From: Candidatus Riflebacteria bacterium HGW-Riflebacteria-1
GTDB taxonomy: Bacteria; Muiribacteriota; Ozemobacteria; Ozemobacterales; Ozemobacteraceae
NCBI GenBank assembly: GCA_002839445.1
Contig: PGYB01000007.1
Coordinates: forward strand, 110,558-174,557
DNA length: 64,000 bases
Direction: 5' to 3'
Positions 46,431-54,808 of the stretch are shown one piece after another (within the stretch, counting starts at the first letter, position 1; every line of letters starts with the position of its first letter). The position numbers and the translations under genes are program-made. Below the pieces are notes generated by a model. That model did no database searches and had not been told where the DNA came from. It worked only from the letters and a program-made list of their open reading frames with translations.

Positions 46431-47063
46431 CTAGGGCTCTTCGGATGTTGCCGATGCAGTAGTCTCTGTAGAGTTCGCTGATTCTGGCGATGTGGCTGTC
46501 GTGTCTGGTAAAGCAGCTGGTTCGGCAGGTTTTACGGGTTCAGGCAGATCTTCTGATAGATCGGCAAAGTTATCGTCGCCCGCGTAGTTGCTGGCGTAAT
46601 CGCGCATGGCATGCAGGCTTGTGCTGCCGTATCCTTCTTCGCTGGCGTATATCTTGAACAGCCGCTGAAATTCTGCCGGGCATGCATCAATTTTTGTCGA
46701 TTGCGCGCGTTCGAGCACTATGCTGCGCAGCCTGGCGCGGCGGGCTTCGGCTGAGCCAATTACATTAAGAATAAAGCTTGTCAGGCCTTTTTCGGCCAGT
46801 TCCATCTGTAAGAACCAGGGTTGTGGTAGCAGAACCTTTTCCATGTGCAGTTTTGCCAGTTCTTTGGCAATTTTCGGATTGGCCGGCTCACCGGCCTGTC
46901 TGAGATGCAGTCTCGCAATCTGAGCGTCGAGATCATGCAACTGGTCGTTAATCGCGATTACTTCGGTTCTGGTGCCGTCAAAAATAAAATACAGCACCAT
47001 CACGGCAAGGCCAATTCCGAGGCAACTCATAAATAATCCAGCCAAAAAAATGTGCTTTTTCAT
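46431..47063 (-). CDS. Membrane-anchored hypothetical protein with acidic Pro/Thr/Ser-rich C-terminus
   Basis: GGGGAAGAC Shine-Dalgarno-like then ATG at 47063. N-terminal TM MKKHIFLAGLFMSCLGIGLAVMVLYFIF. Confidence 0.45.
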   Translation of the reverse strand: MKKHIFLAGLFMSCLGIGLAVMVLYFIFDGTRTEVIAINDQLHDLDAQIARLHLRQAGEPANPKIAKELAKLHMEKVLLPQPWFLQMELAEKGLTSFILNVIGSAEARRARLRSIVLERAQSTKIDACPAEFQRLFKIYASEEGYGSTSLHAMRDYASNYAGDDNFADLSEDLPEPVKPAEPAALPDTTATSPESANSTETTASATSEEP

Positions 47064-47264
47064 GTCTTCCCCCTGTTTGCTCGCCATTCTAGCGCATATC
47101 CCCAAAAATGTCACCAGAAACCAACCCGCGCGCCAGAATTTCCAGAATCCATAGATAACCCCATTTTTCCAGATGACTGGTCAGACTGTTTTTTTTGTTG
47201 GGCTGCAAAAAAACACCTGCTGTGCCGATAGATCTAAAAAAAGGTGTTTGTAGCAGGAGGCATT

Positions 47265-49133
47265 ATGTCCGGTCTATTGACTATTAAGCCGATTGTCGGG
47301 AAACCCGCCTATCCGGCATCTGCGCGCGGGCGCTGTCTGGCTGGCAGATTACTTGTTTGCGCATTCGTTTCAGCACTGGCAATCTCTCCGGCAGAAGCTG
47401 GCGCACTTGACTGGCTCACGCAGACAACTTCCCGCAACTCAAGAAGTGTTGCCCAGACAAAGCAGAAAAACCCACAGGTTGAAACCGTGCAGGTGCAAAC
47501 CGGCCAGGTCGACGAAAACAGGATTAAAGGCGGCAATCTCGATACCTTTAATTTCGCGTCATCGCACTGGACACAGTCACGCGCGCGTCTGGAAAAGGCG
47601 TGCCGCGCTATCAGCAGCCGCTACAATGATGCTGCCGCCCGTGACATTCTGCAGAAACTTTTTGTCATCGACACCCAGATTTATCGCGAGAACATTCGAA
47701 ATTCAGCTGCAGCAGTGAGTGAAATAAGAGATATCAATCAACGGGTGCGCCAGGGGCTGATCGCGATCAATCGTATCGTGACCGCGCCCGGGCAGGAAAC
47801 CCTCGATAACCTCGATAAAGCTATAGACGAAGTGCTGGCAGCCAATGTCAACCAGATGCTGCTCGTCAGAAAATATCTTACCGGTGTTGAGAAGACTGTT
47901 CAGATCGCGCAGACCTCTTATGAAACCCTCGAACTGATACCATCACTTTCGTTTCAGGCGCTGGACATGATGGTGCAGATGTCGAAACAGCTCATGCGCA
48001 TCGCGCAGTCGAACAGCGAAGCGATCAAAGGACTGCTGCTCAATGTGCAGAGCAGCAATGAGCAGGTAACCTCCGGCCTTGACAATATCAAGAAAACAGT
48101 TCGCGAAACCTTGCGTTTCTCAGATCATTTCGCGGTTAAGCAGTTTCCGTTGATTAATCTGCCAACGCCTTCGCGCGAAAAGATTTTTGTGCAGCTCAAC
48201 ACGCTTGGCAACTTTGTCAGAGGCGTTGACAATACTGTGCAGATTGGCGATTCACAGGTGCGCAATTCTGCGCAGCAGTTCACCCACATCATCACCGGGT
48301 TTATCTCGAAGGCTGCCGAAAGCCTCAAGTATTACAGCGCCGACAATCAGGAAAAGGCTCTCGAACAGATTTCGACCTACGCCCGCAATCAGGTCAGCGG
48401 CCTGTTTTTGCGCGCCAAAGAAGACATCAGTGCCATGCGCAGCGATATGGCAAAGGCTTCGCGCCCCAGCGCCGGCAATATGCCGCCCGCCGTTAAAATT
48501 GAAAGCAGCGATGAATACGCTTCGCGCCGAGCCAGATCGGCAAGCAGCGAAAAGCTGCCGCTGTTCCTGCTTGGCGGTGGCGCCGCGTCACAGGCGGGTC
48601 GCCAGACCTCGCCGGCGAATGAGCAGGTAATGACGGCCCGTGCCTCGCAGTTGGCACCTGCTGACAGCTTTTTACCACTCAAACCTGAAAATTCGCGCCG
48701 GTCATCGGCGAGACCCAGCTCCAGTCGCGCCCAGCCGCCGGCAGGTGCTACTGAACAGGTTCTCTATGATGAAAACATGAGCTTTACAGATAGTTCAGAC
48801 CTCATGCAGTCAGAAGTTAACATTCTCAGCAAAGAACTGGGCACTGACTTCTTTTTTGGCACTGGCGCAGCTGGCGGTGAAAACATCGCGAAGAGCCGCC
48901 TGATGGCCGAAAATGACGATTCAGCAGGTTTTGACGATGATACTGGCTCAGACAGCGAAGGCGACGCCGGGTTTGAAGAAGGCAGCATGCAGGTGAGTTA
49001 TGACAATCTCAACAGCTCTGGAGAGCCAGAAATAGAGCTGCTTAAATTCGATTCGGTTTCTTCGGGATCGTATTCTGATGATCTCATTCCCATGATGCGC
49101 TTCGACAGCGAGGCTCTCAGCTTCAACGATTGA
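47265..49133 (+). CDS. Secreted hypothetical protein (622 aa), Ser/Ala/Arg-rich low-complexity C-half with acidic tail
   Basis: AGGAGG Shine-Dalgarno then ATG at 47265. Signal peptide ...LLVCAFVSALAISPAEAGA. Confidence 0.5.
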   Translation: MSGLLTIKPIVGKPAYPASARGRCLAGRLLVCAFVSALAISPAEAGALDWLTQTTSRNSRSVAQTKQKNPQVETVQVQTGQVDENRIKGGNLDTFNFASSHWTQSRARLEKACRAISSRYNDAAARDILQKLFVIDTQIYRENIRNSAAAVSEIRDINQRVRQGLIAINRIVTAPGQETLDNLDKAIDEVLAANVNQMLLVRKYLTGVEKTVQIAQTSYETLELIPSLSFQALDMMVQMSKQLMRIAQSNSEAIKGLLLNVQSSNEQVTSGLDNIKKTVRETLRFSDHFAVKQFPLINLPTPSREKIFVQLNTLGNFVRGVDNTVQIGDSQVRNSAQQFTHIITGFISKAAESLKYYSADNQEKALEQISTYARNQVSGLFLRAKEDISAMRSDMAKASRPSAGNMPPAVKIESSDEYASRRARSASSEKLPLFLLGGGAASQAGRQTSPANEQVMTARASQLAPADSFLPLKPENSRRSSARPSSSRAQPPAGATEQVLYDENMSFTDSSDLMQSEVNILSKELGTDFFFGTGAAGGENIAKSRLMAENDDSAGFDDDTGSDSEGDAGFEEGSMQVSYDNLNSSGEPEIELLKFDSVSSGSYSDDLIPMMRFDSEALSFND

Positions 49134-49195
49134 GCCGGGTTGAAACTCGCCAGGATTGCGTGTAGACTGCTCTAAATTAAACATTGGAGCAGCTT

Positions 49196-50182
49196 ATGAG
49201 TTTTCCTGTGCATCGGCCGCGGCGTCTGCGCATTGACAGTCGCCTGCGCGGTATGATCAGAGATGTCAGCCTTTTTGCCAAGAACCTGATTTACCCGCTT
49301 TTCGTCGTAGACGGTCTTGTTGAACCTCATGAAATCTCGGCTATGCCTGGACAGAATCACTGGCCGCTCGCGCGCATTCATGAACCAGTTGCTGACGCGA
49401 TGAACAAAGGCGTTGTTGCCTTTCTGCTGTTTGGGGTGCCGGCCAGCAAAGATGAGTGCGGCAGCCAGGCTTATGATGAGAACAGTATCGTTTGCAAGGC
49501 TTTGCGCCATATTCGCCAGCACTGCCCGCAGGCTTACCTGATTACCGACGTCTGTCTTTGCGCCTATACCGATCACGGCCATTGTGGTCTGGTCAAAGCT
49601 GATGGCGTCGTTGACAACGACAGTTCGATCGATTTGATCGCGCGCATGGCGCTGGCGCATGCCCAGGCCGGCGCTGACATGGTTGCACCTTCTGATATGA
49701 TGGATGGCCGGATTGCCGCGATAAGAACGCTTCTCGACAGTCATAATTTTGGCGATCTGCCAATCATGTCTTATTCGGCCAAATACGCTTCGGCCTTTTA
49801 CGGGCCGTTTCGCGAGGCTGCCGGTTCAGCGCCGGGCAAGGGCGACCGCAGCGGTTACCAGATGGATTATCGCTTTGCGCGTGATGCCATGCCGGAATTT
49901 GAGCTTGATCTCGAAGAAGGCGCCGATATTCTAATGATTAAGCCTGGTCTGGCCTATCTCGACATGGTCAAGCTGGCGCGTGACAGCTTTTCGTGCCCGA
50001 TTGCCGTTTATCAGGTTTCGGGCGAGTATTCAATGATCAAAGCTGCCGCCGAAAAGGGCTGGGTCAACGAGCGTGCCGTGGTGCTCGAAAGTCTTTGCGC
50101 CATGCGGCGAGCCGGGGCCGATCTGATTCTAAGCTATTTCGCGCCGCAGGTTGCGGAATGGCTCAAAGAGGAACAGGCCTGA
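49196..50182 (+). CDS. hemB: Porphobilinogen synthase (delta-aminolevulinic acid dehydratase)
   Basis: MSFPVHRPRRLR N-terminus. Active-site Lys context SYSAKYASAFYGPFREA. The remaining motifs match HemB. GGAG Shine-Dalgarno. Confidence 0.92.
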   Translation: MSFPVHRPRRLRIDSRLRGMIRDVSLFAKNLIYPLFVVDGLVEPHEISAMPGQNHWPLARIHEPVADAMNKGVVAFLLFGVPASKDECGSQAYDENSIVCKALRHIRQHCPQAYLITDVCLCAYTDHGHCGLVKADGVVDNDSSIDLIARMALAHAQAGADMVAPSDMMDGRIAAIRTLLDSHNFGDLPIMSYSAKYASAFYGPFREAAGSAPGKGDRSGYQMDYRFARDAMPEFELDLEEGADILMIKPGLAYLDMVKLARDSFSCPIAVYQVSGEYSMIKAAAEKGWVNERAVVLESLCAMRRAGADLILSYFAPQVAEWLKEEQA

Positions 50183-51243
50183 TGACTCATCCGCAACACC
50201 CGCATACCGCGCCGGGTTCAGACGCACAGCTGCTGCGAGTTCTTGCCTGGGAAAGCACGCGCGCCTGCACGCTTGCCTGCCCGCATTGCCGGGCATCAGC
50301 TGTAGATATGCGTGACCCTGATGAACTTACAACGGCTGAAGCGATGCAGATGCTTGAATCAGCAGCAGAGCTGGGCAAGTCGATCATAATTCTCAGCGGT
50401 GGCGAGCCGCTGCTGCGCGATGATCTCGAGCAGATAGCTGCCCGTGCCGCAGAGCTTGGGCATCGTCCGGTGGTATCGTGCAATGATGGGCGGTTGCTCA
50501 CCGATGCGCGCATTGCCAGCCTGGCCGCGGCCGGTATCAGGCATTTCAGTTTCAGCATGCATTCTGAGAAAGAGGCTGATCACGATCACTTTGTCCGGGT
50601 CGAGGGTGCTTACCGCGAGGCGTTGCTGGCTTTTGCGCGCATCAAAAAGCATGGGCTTTCTTTTCAGATAAACACTACGGTTCTGCCGGGCAATCATGAG
50701 CGTCTCGAAGCGATAAAGAACTGGGTTGTTTCGCTGGGTGCAGCGAGCTGGCATCTGTTTTTTATTGTTCCGATGGGACGCGCGGCCGCGGCCGGTTCTG
50801 AGGTCGATCTGAAACAGACGCAGATTGACGCGGTGCTCAGATATGTAGCAGCAGAATCTGACGACTGGCCTCTTCCCGTCAAGGTAACCTGCGCTCCGCA
50901 ATACGCGCAGATTCGCGCGGCTTTGGGAAAAGACCCCGGCAGTCGTGGTCGCAGCTGCATGGCTGGCAGCGGTTTTGTGTTTGTCAGCTGGCGCGGTGAT
51001 GTGAAGCCCTGTGGCTACTTTGATCTGGTTGTTGGAAATATTCGCAAGACGCCGCTGAGTCAGATTTATCGTGAAAGTGCTGAATTACGCGACATGCGGA
51101 CACCTGAGAAGTTCAGCGGGATTTGCGGTCAGTGCCGTTTTAACCGGGTTTGTGGCGGCTGCCGGGCACGTGCATACGCGGTAAATGGCAGTTTTCTCGC
51201 ATCTGACCCAAATTGCAACTATTCTGCTGGTCAAGATCGTTAA
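50182..51243 (+). CDS. Radical SAM/SPASM protein of the alternative heme pathway (AhbC or AhbD / NirJ-like)
   Basis: ATG overlaps the hemB stop. CTLACPHCRA is a CxxxCxxC radical-SAM cluster motif. C-terminal Cys-rich SPASM-like CGQCRFNRVCGGCRARA. Placed by context between hemB and the AsnC-like ahbA/B genes. Confidence 0.65.
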   Translation: MTHPQHPHTAPGSDAQLLRVLAWESTRACTLACPHCRASAVDMRDPDELTTAEAMQMLESAAELGKSIIILSGGEPLLRDDLEQIAARAAELGHRPVVSCNDGRLLTDARIASLAAAGIRHFSFSMHSEKEADHDHFVRVEGAYREALLAFARIKKHGLSFQINTTVLPGNHERLEAIKNWVVSLGAASWHLFFIVPMGRAAAAGSEVDLKQTQIDAVLRYVAAESDDWPLPVKVTCAPQYAQIRAALGKDPGSRGRSCMAGSGFVFVSWRGDVKPCGYFDLVVGNIRKTPLSQIYRESAELRDMRTPEKFSGICGQCRFNRVCGGCRARAYAVNGSFLASDPNCNYSAGQDR

Positions 51244-51321
51244 ATCGCGGTATCATCTGTACACTCCCCAGACTTGTGACAGTACTGGTTCAATTGATTG
51301 ATCAAGCAAAGGACACACCTG

Positions 51322-51765
51322 ATGGACGAAAAAGATCGTGAAATACTGCAAATGCTTCAGGGCTCTTTTCCGCTCGACTCTGAGCCATACCGGGTAATCG
51401 GTGACAAGCTGTGGCTCGACGAGGTTTCGGTGATTTCAAGAATCGCGCGCATGATCGAGAGCGGCGCTATTCGTTATCTTGGGCCGTTTTTTGACAGTCG
51501 AAAGCTTGGCTACAATGGTTGCCTGGCTGCCATGCAGGTAGCGCCTGAACAGATTGAGTCGGCTGCCGCTGCCATGGATCAGTTTTCCGAAATAACCCAT
51601 AACTATCTGCGTGATGGCAAGCCAAATATCTGGTTTACTGTTATCGCCCCGAGCCTGGCGCGCCGCGATGAAATATTCGCGTCGATAAAAAAGGCTACTG
51701 GCGTTGATGAAATTATGATTTTTCCGTCAAAGAAATTTTTCAAAGTAAAAGTAGATCTGGACTAG
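51322..51765 (+). CDS. ahbA: Siroheme decarboxylase subunit, AsnC/Lrp-like (AhbA/NirD-like)
   Basis: Lrp/AsnC-like HTH (DREILQMLQGSFPL) plus a C-terminal RAM-like domain. Paired with a second AsnC-like gene and a radical-SAM gene. Confidence 0.55.
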   Translation: MDEKDREILQMLQGSFPLDSEPYRVIGDKLWLDEVSVISRIARMIESGAIRYLGPFFDSRKLGYNGCLAAMQVAPEQIESAAAAMDQFSEITHNYLRDGKPNIWFTVIAPSLARRDEIFASIKKATGVDEIMIFPSKKFFKVKVDLD

Positions 51766-51774
51766 GAGCAGGTG

Positions 51775-52251
51775 ATGGACACAAAAACCCGACAGGTGTT
51801 GTCTGAACTGCAGGATGGTTTTAAACTCGAAACCCGACCATTCAAGCGCATCGCCAACCAGGTTGGCTGCAGCGAAGAAGAAGTGCTCGAAATAATCAAA
51901 CGCAGCCGTGAAGAAGGTTTGATTCGTCGCATTGGCGCCGCTGTCAGGCCCGGCCATCTTGGTCATACCGCTAATGCTCTTGTTGTCTGGCAGGTTGCCG
52001 AAGAACGTATCGAAGAAGTTGGCACTGCGCTCGCCGAGATGCGTGAAATTTCACATTGCTATGAACGCGAGTGCCCTCCGAACTGGCCATATAACCTGTT
52101 TACCATGATTCATGCGCGCAGCGAAGAAGAACTTGACCAGCTTATCGCCGATATTTTTCAGCGGTTCTCTCTTGGTCAATACAAGGTTTTGCGCACGGTC
52201 AAAGAACTTAAAAAGACTTCGATGCGTTATTTCGAGGATGCCGCCAAATGA
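51775..52251 (+). CDS. ahbB: Siroheme decarboxylase subunit, AsnC/Lrp-like (AhbB/NirL-like)
   Basis: AGGAG Shine-Dalgarno. The same architecture as the upstream gene. The stop overlaps the hemL start. Confidence 0.55.
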   Translation: MDTKTRQVLSELQDGFKLETRPFKRIANQVGCSEEEVLEIIKRSREEGLIRRIGAAVRPGHLGHTANALVVWQVAEERIEEVGTALAEMREISHCYERECPPNWPYNLFTMIHARSEEELDQLIADIFQRFSLGQYKVLRTVKELKKTSMRYFEDAAK

Positions 52252-53534
52252 ACGCTGCGGCACTTAAAGCTGCTCTGCAGGTTTTTCCGGGCGGCGTAAA
52301 CAGCCCGGTGCGCGCTTTCAAGTCGGTCGGTGGCAGTCCGCTGTTTATCAAGAAAGCTTTCGGCAGTCGTATTTTTGATGTCGAAGGCCGCGAATACATT
52401 GATTATGTGGGTTCATGGGGGCCGATGATACTCGGCCATGCCGATGCCGATGTTATTGCAGCTGTCTGCCATGCCGCCGCCTCTGGCTTGAGCTTTGGCG
52501 CTCCTACTGAGGCTGAAACTGAACTGGCACTGCTGGTGCGTGAAGCTTTTCCGGTAATCGAAAAGATGCGCCTGGTAAGTTCTGGAACCGAAGCCACCAT
52601 GTCAGCAATACGCCTGGCTCGCGGTTTCACCGGCCGGCCGCTGCTTGTGAAATTTGACGGGGCCTATCACGGACACGCAGATTCTCTGCTGGTTTCAGCC
52701 GGTTCGGGAGTAGCAACTCTTGCCATACCCGGTTGCCCGGGCATACCCGACAGCATTGCTGCCAGTACGCTGGTATTGCCTTTTAATGATTTGGCGGCTC
52801 TGAAAGCCTGTTTTGAGCGCCACGCCGGCAAAATCGCCGGTCTCATCATTGAGCCGGTCTGTGGCAATATTGGCGTGGTCAACCCGTCTGAGGGCTATCT
52901 GCAGAATATACGCAAGCTGTGCTCTGAGCATGGCGTGCTGCTTATCTTTGACGAAGTAATGACCGGTTTCAGGGGCTGTTTTGGCGGCGTAAGCCGTATC
53001 AGCGATGTAACTCCTGATCTTACCTGCCTTGGCAAGATCGTTGGCGGCGGCATGCCGCTGGCTGTTTATGGCGGGCGCGCCGATATCATGGCGCATATCG
53101 CACCAGACGGCCCGGTCTACCAGGCCGGAACCCTCTCCGGCAACCCGGTTGCCGTGGCGGCCGGTATAGCCACCCTGAAGAAAATCAAGTTGCAGCCACA
53201 TTTTTACGAGCATCTGCTGGCCCGCTCGGCCAAGCTTGAGGCCGGTATAACCGCGGCTGCCGCGGCGGCAGGCTTTAAGGTCGTCACCAATCTCTTTGGT
53301 TCGATGTTTACCATGTTTTTTACCGACCAGCCGGTTGTTGATTACCAGTCAGCAAAGACCGCCGACACCGCACTTTTTGCGCGCTGGTTCAGAGGCATGC
53401 TCGCTGAGGGCATCTATCTTGCGCCTTCGCAGTTCGAAGCCGCCTTCGTTTCGGCCGCCCACAGCGACGCCGACATCCATCAGACAATAGTAGCCGCTAC
53501 CCACGTCTTCAAAAAGCTCGCCGCTGAAAAGTAA
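52248..53534 (+). CDS. hemL: Glutamate-1-semialdehyde 2,1-aminomutase
   Basis: The N-terminus has F(x)GGVNSPVRAF. PLP-lysine context DEVMTGFR. 428 aa. Confidence 0.95.
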   Translation: MNAAALKAALQVFPGGVNSPVRAFKSVGGSPLFIKKAFGSRIFDVEGREYIDYVGSWGPMILGHADADVIAAVCHAAASGLSFGAPTEAETELALLVREAFPVIEKMRLVSSGTEATMSAIRLARGFTGRPLLVKFDGAYHGHADSLLVSAGSGVATLAIPGCPGIPDSIAASTLVLPFNDLAALKACFERHAGKIAGLIIEPVCGNIGVVNPSEGYLQNIRKLCSEHGVLLIFDEVMTGFRGCFGGVSRISDVTPDLTCLGKIVGGGMPLAVYGGRADIMAHIAPDGPVYQAGTLSGNPVAVAAGIATLKKIKLQPHFYEHLLARSAKLEAGITAAAAAAGFKVVTNLFGSMFTMFFTDQPVVDYQSAKTADTALFARWFRGMLAEGIYLAPSQFEAAFVSAAHSDADIHQTIVAATHVFKKLAAEK

Positions 53535-53623
53535 AGGCCTTATCCACAGATGCCTCCGATTGGCGCAGATTATGGGATGCTGATAGTGTAATAGCTAATA
53601 GATAGCCTCAGCAATCAGCTAAA

Positions 53624-53666
53624 TAAAAACCCGGGCAGTCGCATGGCGACTGCCCGGGTTCTGTTA
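53624..53666. terminator. Bidirectional rho-independent terminator
   Basis: CCCGGGCAGTCGC-atg-GCGACTGCCCGGG flanked by an A-run and a T-run, between convergent hemL and the pseudopilin gene. Confidence 0.8.
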
Positions 53667-53675
53667 TGCTTACTG

Positions 53676-54527
53676 CTAGTTTTTGGGTTTGATTTTGATC
53701 GGATTGGTTCTGATGGAGTAGCGCAGTGGCTTGTTGTTGTATTCTTCAACTCTGGTGCGAATATTGTCGGGTGTCGAAGTATCGCGCCGGTAAATAACTT
53801 CCCGATATCTTGACAGGACTGCGTTTACGTCATCCTTTAGCGCAAGGGAGTGGATGCCAAGCTTGACAGTGTTACCACCTGTTACTTTATAGACAAATTC
53901 AGTTGCTGTTGCCGCGAGAGTCTGGTTATAGGCAGGGTCGATAACTTCTTCCGCGCCCAGCCTAAGAAGTATTGTATTAGATGCCTTCTGATTGTTCTCA
54001 TAAATATCGAAATCGTCTTGTTGTATACCACCATCAATATAAACAGATTTGTTAAAAGAGAAGAAAAGCAGGTCGTCGGTATCTATGGCACGATTATTGT
54101 TAATATCACGCCATTCAATTCCCTTTAGAGCAACATCCTTCACGTAATAGTCGCGGATGTCATCATCATCAGTATTTGAATTCGGCCCTTCACTGTAGAC
54201 AAAGCAGGCGTATGGATCGAGTTTGTAGTTTTTACCCCAGGGGTCGACCGGAATATAGGTCAGGTAGCGACCCATCAGACCATTAAAGTCATTTTCGCCA
54301 AGCATTGGTAACGACGTTGTGCCGGTCCCCAATATTCCAAGGTAGGGCTGGTCTTCCTGGGAATTATAAAGAATAATTGCCTGTTTGAGAACGTCGAGGT
54401 CTTGAAGGGCCTTGGCGCGCTTGCTTTCTTTTACATAGTCAGCATAGTAAGGTGCCGCGACACCGACAAGGATGGCGATGATGGCAACAACCACCAGTAA
54501 TTCAATTAGAGAGAAACCGCGTTTCAT
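53676..54527 (-). CDS. GspG/type IV pilin-like protein (prepilin-type N-terminal cleavage/methylation domain) with extended Asp-rich C-terminal domain
   Basis: MKRGFSLIELLVVVAIIAILVGVAAPYY is a canonical major pseudopilin/pilin N-terminus. 283 aa is larger than a typical GspG. Confidence 0.75.
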   Translation of the reverse strand: MKRGFSLIELLVVVAIIAILVGVAAPYYADYVKESKRAKALQDLDVLKQAIILYNSQEDQPYLGILGTGTTSLPMLGENDFNGLMGRYLTYIPVDPWGKNYKLDPYACFVYSEGPNSNTDDDDIRDYYVKDVALKGIEWRDINNNRAIDTDDLLFFSFNKSVYIDGGIQQDDFDIYENNQKASNTILLRLGAEEVIDPAYNQTLAATATEFVYKVTGGNTVKLGIHSLALKDDVNAVLSRYREVIYRRDTSTPDNIRTRVEEYNNKPLRYSIRTNPIKIKPKN

Positions 54528-54652
54528 ATCGGGCACTCCTTCAAGAGGTTTGCAGGAATTACAGATTCCAATTCAGACCTTATATCGACAACATAAAGAC
54601 ATAATATTATCTAAAATATCAGCTAAATCAAGGTATTTTGCTATTATTCCTT

Positions 54653-54712
54653 CGTAATCGTAATCGTAATCGTAATCGTAATCGTAATCGTAATCGTAAT
54701 CGTAATCGTAAC
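54653..54712. repeat. Hexanucleotide microsatellite (CGTAAT)x9 plus one degenerate unit
   Basis: A perfect tandem array read directly from 54653-54706, roughly 120-180 bp upstream of the pseudopilin start at 54527. It lies inside a 62-aa ORF that would encode (DY)9. Confidence 0.95.
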
Positions 54713-54808
54713 TACCATACCTGTCACTGCGAGGAGACCCTGGTCGCCGAAGCAGTCTCATGGTTCAGTGAGATTGCCCCGGCATCTTTCGATGCATCGC
54801 GGTAACCG

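Noticed and set aside
49993-50181. N-terminal extension of the radical-SAM ORF overlapping hemB, as listed in the ORF track (49993..51243)
   Set aside because: The extension is in a different frame inside hemB. The real start is the ATG at 50182, which overlaps the hemB stop.
54573-54761. A 62-aa ORF encoding a (DY)9 repeat peptide through the CGTAAT microsatellite
   Set aside because: There is no Shine-Dalgarno before its ATG. The homologous hexamer tracts at the other two loci are not in conserved ORFs. It is more likely noncoding SSR DNA, and it is kept only as a caveat in the microsatellite finding.
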